Below are positions 25,773 through 33,040 of a stretch of DNA of 33,040 nucleotides, piece by piece. This stretch comes from Elusimicrobiota bacterium (lineage in GTDB: Bacteria > CG03), in NCBI GenBank assembly GCA_021161565.1, contig JAGHAK010000020.1, positions 1 through 33,040 on the forward strand, read 5' to 3'. Numbering within the stretch: the stretch's first letter is position 1; each line of letters opens with the position of its first letter. The translations under genes and the position numbers were made by a program. The notes below the pieces were generated by a model that saw only the letters and a list, made by a program, of their open reading frames with translations, was not told where the DNA came from and ran no database searches.

Positions 25773-26328
25773 AGCGGGCGATTTGCTCGAAAAACATCTC
25801 AGGGAGTTTCAGAAGATAATAGGCGAAAAAGAAGAGAGGATAAAAAAACTCGCCGAGGAAAACGCTTTTTTGCGGAAAGAAATAGAAAGAAAAATGATTC
25901 TGAGGCCGGCATTGAAGGAACGCATTTTGGGCGATGTGAACAGAGTCATAGGGCAGTTGCGGCTGGAATTGAAAAAAACGAAATTCAATGAGGAAGATTT
26001 GGCGAAAAAACTCGAATCTCTGCAAAATAAGCACAAATCCGCGCTTGCCGAAATTGCGGCGCAGAACAAAATGATCGGTGAACTGAAAAATTCCGTCGAA
26101 CGGTTGAGAAAAGAACTGGAAAAGGAGAAAATCGCGAAAAATCTGGAAGTGGAAAGGCTGAAAAAAGACCACGAAAGAGATTTGAGCGAACGCCTCGCCG
26201 CCCAGAAAGCGGAGATTTCCGCCGCGCTTGAGGAGAAATACGAAAAAGAATTGGCTCGTCAGATGGAAAGCGCGAAAAACCAGATTGAGGAATTGCTGAA
26301 AGTCATAGCGGAAAAGGAAAGGGAATAA
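25759..26328 (+). CDS. Coiled-coil hypothetical protein
   Basis: E/K/L-rich heptad pattern throughout; coupled to both neighbours. Confidence 0.7.
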   Translation: MAEDKAGDLLEKHLREFQKIIGEKEERIKKLAEENAFLRKEIERKMILRPALKERILGDVNRVIGQLRLELKKTKFNEEDLAKKLESLQNKHKSALAEIAAQNKMIGELKNSVERLRKELEKEKIAKNLEVERLKKDHERDLSERLAAQKAEISAALEEKYEKELARQMESAKNQIEELLKVIAEKERE

Positions 26329-26332
26329 AAAA

Positions 26333-27787
26333 ATGAGAAAATTAAAAAATAGCCGACATAAAGGTCTCTCTGCGGCTCTGTTTTTTTTGTTATTCTTTTT
26401 TTGTTTCGTCGATTCTTTTGCCGGGGAGAAAACCCGCGCGGACAAACTGATTGAAAAAGCGGTTTTGCAGTATCAGCGGGGAAACTTTCCTCTGGCGCTT
26501 GACCTCATATACAAAGTTCTCGAGAAGTATCCCAAGAACAAAAGAGCGATGGAACTTTATCAGCAGATAAAAGATGAGGAGGCGATGAGGCTTTTTAAGG
26601 CAGCAGCCATTTATTTCGAAAACGGTGAAAAGGAAATGGCGAAGAAGAAGGCGGAAGAGGGTAGGGCTCTCAGCGTTGATGTTTTCCTGAAATTTATAGA
26701 CAGAAAAATTCTTGATGCGAAGGCTCTTTTGTCCAGGCAGGATGTTGTCGGCTGCGCGAACGCGGTTTCCGAGATTCTTTTCTTCTCGCCGGGAAACAAT
26801 GATGCGCGGAAAATTCAGACGCTTCTTAAAAGCGATTTTTTCAAGGCTGTTTACAAGAGCATTTTGAAAGAGCGAAGCCTGCTGGCGTGGAAAAAGGTGG
26901 CGGAAGCGAAAAATATCAGGGACAATCCCGTCCGGGCTCTTTCTCTCGCGAACGAAGCTCTTTCTTTGGACCCGTCCAGCAAAGAAGCCAAGAAATTGAG
27001 AAAAGTTCTGCTGAAGGAGATAAAATCCGCGGAGAAATCGCTCCTTGCGAAATCAGAAGAGCAGAGAAAAAAGGACATCGAGAAGGCGATGAAATTATAT
27101 TTGAAAGCGGAGAAATATTACCGCCGGAAAAAATACGAGAAATGCTATAAACTTCTTTCCCTGGCGATTAAATACGATCCGCAGTTGGTTAAGGCGAAGG
27201 AACTCCGGAAGGAGGTTTCGGATATTTTGTATGATTCCGAGGTAAAAATCGCGATGTATTATTTTTCGAAAGGCAAATTTTCGAAAGCGCGGAAGCATAT
27301 AGAAAAAGCGCGTTCTTACAATCCGCAGAAATTAATTAAACTGGCAAAGGAACTTATTGAAAAGGCAAACAAACTGATTGCCGCCGGTCAGAAAGAAAAG
27401 GGACTGGCCCTTCTGAAACAGGCGGAAATTGTCAGTCCATTGTATAAAGGCTCGAAAACGGTTGCTTCCGGCAGGTTAAAAATCGCGCTGGACGGAGTAT
27501 GGAAAATCTACAGGGATGGAAATTACAAGGAAGCGCTCAAGCGGATAGAAAATGTCGAAAAAGAGTTTCCAAACGAACTTGATGTCATTTTTCTCAAAAA
27601 TCTGATTCAGGCGCAGATTGCCCTTGATGACAGCGATTTTCTCAAGACGCGGAAATTCCTCCTCGCCGCGATAAAAATAAAGCCGATGCATCAGGAGGTG
27701 TGGGGGTTTTTCAACAGGCTGGACGAGATTCTGGATTTGATGGGATATAAACTGGATAATCTGAAGAACGAACAGGAGGCGAAGTGA
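26333..27787 (+). CDS. Exported TPR-like helical repeat protein
   Basis: Signal peptide ending SFA; repeated TPR-like units (ALSLDPSSKEA, AIKYDPQLVKA, VLEKYPKNKRA). Confidence 0.75.
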   Translation: MRKLKNSRHKGLSAALFFLLFFFCFVDSFAGEKTRADKLIEKAVLQYQRGNFPLALDLIYKVLEKYPKNKRAMELYQQIKDEEAMRLFKAAAIYFENGEKEMAKKKAEEGRALSVDVFLKFIDRKILDAKALLSRQDVVGCANAVSEILFFSPGNNDARKIQTLLKSDFFKAVYKSILKERSLLAWKKVAEAKNIRDNPVRALSLANEALSLDPSSKEAKKLRKVLLKEIKSAEKSLLAKSEEQRKKDIEKAMKLYLKAEKYYRRKKYEKCYKLLSLAIKYDPQLVKAKELRKEVSDILYDSEVKIAMYYFSKGKFSKARKHIEKARSYNPQKLIKLAKELIEKANKLIAAGQKEKGLALLKQAEIVSPLYKGSKTVASGRLKIALDGVWKIYRDGNYKEALKRIENVEKEFPNELDVIFLKNLIQAQIALDDSDFLKTRKFLLAAIKIKPMHQEVWGFFNRLDEILDLMGYKLDNLKNEQEAK

Positions 27788-29049
27788 TAAGGATTTTTAT
27801 TTTGGGCATTTTCTTTAGGAGTTTTGTTTTTGCGGCGGTTGATGCGAAACTTATCGGCATTGCTCTCGAAGATTATCTCACGGGGAAGTACGAAGCGGCG
27901 TATAAGGCCTCGAAAAAACTTTATGATGAGGCTCCGGAAAATCCCAAAGTCAGAAATATCCATCGAAAAGTTCTTGTAAAAATGGCGCTTTTGAGGGAAG
28001 ATGAAAATAAACTGAAAGAGGCTCTTTCTATGATAACAGCCGCGGAAGAAATAAAGCGGACGGATGAAAGCGCGAAAATAAAAAAGAGAATTTTGTCGAA
28101 GTTGAGAAAAGCGAAACAGAAAAAGAAAATCGAAAAGAGGCAACAACCAAAAAAGAAATCGGAGATAAAGAAACGAAAAGTTCGGAAAACTTCTGCTGTG
28201 GCGAAAACGAAAAAAGGGAAAGCGAAAAAAGAAAAAGCCGGGATGAAACCGCAAAAGAAAAAGGCATTGTCGGGCAAAATCAGATATCCCAGTTCCCTTT
28301 TTATCATTTCCTCGCTGAATCTTCTGGGGCTGATATTTCTTTCGTATTTTGTGGCGGTCGCTTTTTCGAAAAGGAAGGAGGAAAAACTAATAGAGGAGGA
28401 AAGGCGAATCGCCCAGATTGTGGAGACCCTCGGCAACAAGAGCGAATACAGGACAATTCTTCAGAATCAGAAAGAAATTATGTCCGAATTGATGAAAATT
28501 CCGGAGGAGACCGAAGTTATGCGGCTTCAGAACGCCGAAATTCTGAGGTTGATAGAAAGACTCACCAGAGGCGCGGCTTCCACCAATATCGAAATGCCCG
28601 CCGATTCCGAAAGAGCGGGAATTACGGGCGTGGACGACAAAGCCAGAGTGAGAGCGGATACGGTGGAGATAATTGCGGAGATGTTCAAGGATTCTCCCAT
28701 AATAGAAGATATGCTTGAACCGTATCTTCATGATATGAACAACAGGGTTCTCGCCAACGCCTGCAAGGCTCTTTTCCCTCACAACAGAAGAAGGGCTCTT
28801 GAAATTGTCAGAAGAATGGCGGCAGAGGACAATGTCTGGATGAGACTTTCCGCGGCATGGGTTTGCGGGGAACTGGCGACTTCGGAATGCGTGAAAATTT
28901 TAACTCCGCTTCTAAATGACACTTCCCAGCATGTCAGAAAAAGGACGGTTTTGTCGTTTGAAAAACTGAAGGAAAAAGGTATCGAAATTCCGATTGCCGT
29001 TGCGGAAAAAATAGACGAAATCAAAATGAGCGAAAGCCAGCAGAAATAG
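27784..29049 (+). CDS. Bitopic membrane protein with C-terminal HEAT-like repeats
   Basis: Signal-like N-terminus, helical domain, Lys-rich linker, TM helix, then NNRVLANA / MRLSAAWVCGE / LLNDTSQHVR HEAT-like motifs; GTGA overlap. Confidence 0.75.
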   Translation: MIRIFILGIFFRSFVFAAVDAKLIGIALEDYLTGKYEAAYKASKKLYDEAPENPKVRNIHRKVLVKMALLREDENKLKEALSMITAAEEIKRTDESAKIKKRILSKLRKAKQKKKIEKRQQPKKKSEIKKRKVRKTSAVAKTKKGKAKKEKAGMKPQKKKALSGKIRYPSSLFIISSLNLLGLIFLSYFVAVAFSKRKEEKLIEEERRIAQIVETLGNKSEYRTILQNQKEIMSELMKIPEETEVMRLQNAEILRLIERLTRGAASTNIEMPADSERAGITGVDDKARVRADTVEIIAEMFKDSPIIEDMLEPYLHDMNNRVLANACKALFPHNRRRALEIVRRMAAEDNVWMRLSAAWVCGELATSECVKILTPLLNDTSQHVRKRTVLSFEKLKEKGIEIPIAVAEKIDEIKMSESQQK

Positions 29050-29105
29050 CGGATTTTCCGGGTTTTATTTTCGGACTTTTCGGATTAAACTATAGTATGG
29101 GAACA

Positions 29106-32100
29106 ATGAAACAGAAGTTTGGTTTCGGAATGTTTTTTGCCGTTTTTTTGTTTTTTCTTTCCCATCCCCTTCATGCCGTAAATGCTCCTGATTCTTTGCT
29201 CACGGATAACCAGACAAACCCGATATATGTCGACACGCCCGACCCCACTTTTTCGTGGTCGGCCTCGACCCAGTGTTATTATCAACTTGTTGTGGCTACT
29301 TCTTCGGATTTTGGCTTTTACAAATGGGATACCGGCAGAGTCACTTCTACGGTAAAATCATGCGATTATTCGGGCAGTTATCTTTCCGGAAATACGACTT
29401 ATTATTGGAAAGTCAGGGTGTGGAATGTGAATTTGTCAAGTTCGGTTTATTCGTCGACCGCGACTTTCAGGATGAATTTTTTCATAAAAAAGGGAAGTTT
29501 TGAAAGCGGGCAGGTCGTTTCTCTCGGCCGGGGCGATTTTGACGGCGATGGGAAAATAGACCTCGCTCTCGGCACTTCCGGAACTTCTTCTCTGACGAAG
29601 GTTTACAGGAATTTGGGAAACTGGAATTTTTCGCTGATGTATTCCACCCAGTACGCGCTCGATATCGGCGGAGTGGTGGTCAAGGATTTGAACAAGGACG
29701 ATTTGCCGGATTTAATCACTGGTGTTCAGATTGACAACGAGGGAACGAACACGGCAAGCCAGATTTTTTTAAATGACGGTAGTTTCAATTTTCATGAATC
29801 TGCGGCGCTGAACAAGAAAAAAACCTATTCCATAACGGTTTTCGACATAAACAGGGACGGGAATTACGATATCATCGAAGGACTCCTTTCGGGCGGCGAA
29901 GCCGGCGAGTACAATATGCTCTACAACGGTTCCGGCGCTGGGGCTTTCTCTTCTGGAGCGCAGATTTGCGAGTCGAATAACACCTATTCGATAGGGGTTG
30001 CCGATTTCAACGACGACGGTTTTCTCGACCTCGTTTGCCTGAACAATCGCAACAGCGGCACTTCTCCCGATTATTCTCCTCTTGAAACCGCTATTGTTTA
30101 TCAGGGCGATGGCAATGGAAATTTTACGAAAGTGTGGGAAAGTCCCGCCGGTTATTTCAACGCTGTCGCCATAGGCGATATTGACAACGACGGTTTGTGC
30201 GATTTTATCGCAGCGACTTACAGATTTGGGCCGCCTTACGGGCAGGACCAGGATAGTTATGTCACCTGTTATTACAATACGGGAAATTTCAATTTTGTCA
30301 ACGGCTTCGAATTTGCAGGTCCCATCTCGCGCGTCACATCCCTCGCTTTAACGGATGTCGACAACGACGGCTGGCTTGATTTGATTATGGGATGGAACGG
30401 AACCAGCGAAACGAAAACGAGGCCTTATCTCAATACAGGGGGAACTTTTTCCCTTCTTGATATGACGGAATTTTCAGCCGATGCGATGTCTTTCGCAGTC
30501 GGCGACTTTGACAATGATGGTGACCTTGATTATGTGGCGGGAACTTCCAACGGCTGCGAATATTATTATTCCACTCTCGCGGATGATGGAAATAGCAATT
30601 TCCCGCCGTCAGCGCCTTCGGGCGGATTTTCGTTTTTCTGGGACAGCGGAAAACTTCACTTGAACTGGGGAAATGGTACGGATAACGAAACGCCTACCGC
30701 GCTTTTGCAGTATAATCTGAAACTGCGGGACGAGTCAGGCACGGTGATTTCGCCTGAAGGAGGCGATGTTTTCAGCGAATGCGACGGATTTTATGGAAAT
30801 ATGCTCACCAGCACCTGGACGGTTTTGAATGTTCCGAGAAAAACTTATTTTTATTCGATTCAAACAATCGATGCTTACGGCGCTGAGAGTTCTTTTTCCG
30901 CAGAAACCACGGTCAACGAGAAACCGTATCCGGGCTGGGATTCGGAAAACGTCATTCCTTCCACCGGATGCCGGCAGTACACGAAGGATGATGTTCTTCA
31001 GGATTTCAGTTTGAGAGGCTGCGTGACGGTTGATTTCAAAGTCAAGGATTTCGAAAAAAACGCCGTCACTGGGAAAAATTTCGAATTTTCGCTTGACGGG
31101 GGAAATTCATGGACGGCTCTTCCCGAAGGAAGCGGCGCTCTTGACAAATTTTATTCTCCGTATTCGTTTTACTCGTCAGACTCTTTTTCCGATGCTCAAA
31201 AATACACATTCACATGGAACACGACGCATCCTGACGACCCGTCAGTTCTCTATTCCACGCGCACGCTCGCGGCAAGAGTCAGATTCAAAGTGAATGACGG
31301 ATATAGCGACAGCGATTTTTGCGAATCCGAAAATTTTGAAATTGACAACGAAAAACCCACGAATCCCGGAGATTTGACATTTAACGGTTATTACACCGGG
31401 CAGAGTTTGGGATTGAATTTCGGCTCCGCTTCTTTCGACCCGAACTTCGACGAATACATAATTTACTATAATAAAACGCTTTCGGTGAATAATGTTGGAG
31501 ACAGCATCGGAGAATGGAATTCATCGAACGACGGAAATCTTGCCGCCGCTGATTTTAACGGGGCATCCTCAACTACGATTACGGGTCTGACGGACAACAC
31601 TACGTATTATTTCGCGATTTACGCCTACGACAGTTTCGGAAACTACAATTCCGCCGTTCATGAAACTTCCGCCAAAACGAACGACATTCCTTCGATGGCT
31701 TTTCTCTCTGTGAATGCAAGCACGACGGGGACGCATCTGGTAACTTTTTCGTTCAGGGGATCGGACAGCGATGCCAATTCGTGGAATTATGTTTCCTATC
31801 AGGTGAGAAACAAGTTTGGCTCCTACATAGATGTGACCCCCGAAACGGCCGACCCGTCATACACCTCGCCTCTTTTTTTCTGCTCCACGGGGTCTGTCAA
31901 CACCTTTGTTTTCAACGCCGAAAAAGCGCTTGGCGCGGTATCTTACGATAACGCTCTTTTCAAGTTGACTGTTACAGACGGAATCGATTCATCCGAAGTT
32001 TCCACGCCTCTTCCATTTACCATTGACACGCTTCCGCCGTCGGGGATAACGGCATTCAAGGTGAGTGCGTTCAAGTCTTCGAGCGTTCAATTGCAGTGGA

Positions 32101-33040
32101 ATGTGGATGATACAGGTCAGGTTATCCAGAATCTTGTCGAGGATAATTTCTGGAAATACGCGGTGTGGTGGGGAACTTCCCCGGGTGTGACGAATTCCGC
32201 GCCGTTTAATTGCTGGGGACCGGAAAACGAGGACGCTCTCGGCAGCGCTTCCGCCATTTCCGCGGATGTGACTGGGCTTGATTCGGGAGTGAAATATTAT
32301 TTCAGGCTTTTTGTTTATGACGCTTATGGCAACATTTATTCGGGAGACGAAGTTTCCCAGGTAACCGGCGCAGGACCTACTTCGTGGTTTGACAGCGCTT
32401 CGCAGATTCCGACGGGCGACGGAACGGTCGAGGTAAAAATTTTCTGTCAGCATCCAGACAGATACGATATATTCGGCCGCCTCGAATATTCCACCGTCTC
32501 CGCCGGGGGACCATGGTATAAGGCGACTCTTTTATCCACCACGGAAGCGTACTATAATCAGACAAGCGGATATTTTACCGCTCCGCCTCCCGAAATTGAC
32601 AATTCGCAGTATTACCAGATTGGCACTTCCCAGAATCCGATTGACACTTCGACCGGGACATGGACTGCCATTTATTTGCGATGGTTAAGCCGCAACGATA
32701 TTCCTTCTGCCCGTTATGAAAATGTTTATCTGAAAACATCCGTAAAGGACATGAATGAAATCAAACAGTATTCGGACGATGTGACGGGTCCTTTTGTTGT
32801 CGATAACCTCGACCCGGGAATTTTAGGGTGTTCCTACAGCCACGGGGATGAAAATTACGGAACAAATTCCGCTTTCTTTTCCCTTGTTCTGAACAAGGAG
32901 ATAAATTCAATCGATTATTCCGGAATTTTCATTTCCACTTCGCCGTTTCCGTTGCTCTCGCAGGGTTGCGAAAAAGTTTACCTGAGCACCGGCGAATTTC
33001 TCCCGGCGGTCTCATCCTCGACGCTTTATTTTCGGCTTGA
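29106..33040 (+). CDS. Large secreted FG-GAP (integrin-like beta-propeller) and fibronectin-III repeat protein, truncated by the window end
   Basis: Not in the ORF track. Manual translation from ATG 29106 gives MKQKFGFGMFFAVFLFFLSHPLHA (signal peptide), Fn3-like PTFSW...YYWKVRVW, seven DxD/NxDGxxD-type repeats (29532-30540) and further Fn3 units (GLTDNTTYYFAIYAYD, GLDSGVKYYFRLFVYD). Frame spot-checked and still open at the end. Confidence 0.9.
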   Translation, partial: MKQKFGFGMFFAVFLFFLSHPLHAVNAPDSLLTDNQTNPIYVDTPDPTFSWSASTQCYYQLVVATSSDFGFYKWDTGRVTSTVKSCDYSGSYLSGNTTYYWKVRVWNVNLSSSVYSSTATFRMNFFIKKGSFESGQVVSLGRGDFDGDGKIDLALGTSGTSSLTKVYRNLGNWNFSLMYSTQYALDIGGVVVKDLNKDDLPDLITGVQIDNEGTNTASQIFLNDGSFNFHESAALNKKKTYSITVFDINRDGNYDIIEGLLSGGEAGEYNMLYNGSGAGAFSSGAQICESNNTYSIGVADFNDDGFLDLVCLNNRNSGTSPDYSPLETAIVYQGDGNGNFTKVWESPAGYFNAVAIGDIDNDGLCDFIAATYRFGPPYGQDQDSYVTCYYNTGNFNFVNGFEFAGPISRVTSLALTDVDNDGWLDLIMGWNGTSETKTRPYLNTGGTFSLLDMTEFSADAMSFAVGDFDNDGDLDYVAGTSNGCEYYYSTLADDGNSNFPPSAPSGGFSFFWDSGKLHLNWGNGTDNETPTALLQYNLKLRDESGTVISPEGGDVFSECDGFYGNMLTSTWTVLNVPRKTYFYSIQTIDAYGAESSFSAETTVNEKPYPGWDSENVIPSTGCRQYTKDDVLQDFSLRGCVTVDFKVKDFEKNAVTGKNFEFSLDGGNSWTALPEGSGALDKFYSPYSFYSSDSFSDAQKYTFTWNTTHPDDPSVLYSTRTLAARVRFKVNDGYSDSDFCESENFEIDNEKPTNPGDLTFNGYYTGQSLGLNFGSASFDPNFDEYIIYYNKTLSVNNVGDSIGEWNSSNDGNLAAADFNGASSTTITGLTDNTTYYFAIYAYDSFGNYNSAVHETSAKTNDIPSMAFLSVNASTTGTHLVTFSFRGSDSDANSWNYVSYQVRNKFGSYIDVTPETADPSYTSPLFFCSTGSVNTFVFNAEKALGAVSYDNALFKLTVTDGIDSSEVSTPLPFTIDTLPPSGITAFKVSAFKSSSVQLQWNVDDTGQVIQNLVEDNFWKYAVWWGTSPGVTNSAPFNCWGPENEDALGSASAISADVTGLDSGVKYYFRLFVYDAYGNIYSGDEVSQVTGAGPTSWFDSASQIPTGDGTVEVKIFCQHPDRYDIFGRLEYSTVSAGGPWYKATLLSTTEAYYNQTSGYFTAPPPEIDNSQYYQIGTSQNPIDTSTGTWTAIYLRWLSRNDIPSARYENVYLKTSVKDMNEIKQYSDDVTGPFVVDNLDPGILGCSYSHGDENYGTNSAFFSLVLNKEINSIDYSGIFISTSPFPLLSQGCEKVYLSTGEFLPAVSSSTLYFRL

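Noticed and set aside
29050-29086. TTTTCGGA-like short repeats before the large ORF
   Set aside because: This word is common throughout the window, so it is probably compositional
29255-32565. Short ORFs listed in the last 4 kb
   Set aside because: Out-of-frame or antisense to the large FG-GAP/Fn3 ORF
33038-33040. Terminal TGA as the stop of the large ORF
   Set aside because: It is out of frame; the reading frame ends CGG CTT GA-

Overview
Bacterial chromosomal window with about 28 CDSs and two tRNAs, probably from an anaerobe. The TPR/HEAT/O-antigen-ligase-like gene content resembles Elusimicrobiota-like lineages, but taxonomy cannot be established here. A ~16.5-kb tightly packed plus-strand run mixes fragments of normally intact operons: a cyclase-family hydrolase, argF, a Ggs/Mgs-like GT2, a GAF-HD-GYP protein, a lone rnfC, and murB-ddl-ftsQ-ftsA with no ftsZ. 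The run continues with two tandem non-canonical (YgeW/knotted-type) carbamoyltransferases plus carbamate kinase, tRNA-Gly, PTS IIA, nadC, birA, tRNA-Ser, ferredoxin and a HAD nucleotidase. A minus-strand queA-murF-MFS block follows. The final plus-strand envelope block has two O-antigen-ligase-like TPR membrane proteins, mtaB, coiled-coil/TPR/HEAT proteins and a >1300-codon secreted FG-GAP/Fn3 protein that is missing from the ORF track because it runs off the window. The most notable observations are: (1) the twin carbamoyltransferase + carbamate kinase module, a candidate undescribed ATP-yielding ureide catabolic route; (2) a ~190-nt multi-hairpin element inside a duplicated tRNA-Gly 3' end; (3) a tRNA that supplies the stop codon of the kinase; (4) recurrent 7-nt-periodic intergenic arrays; (5) a candidate surface-protein glycosylation locus.
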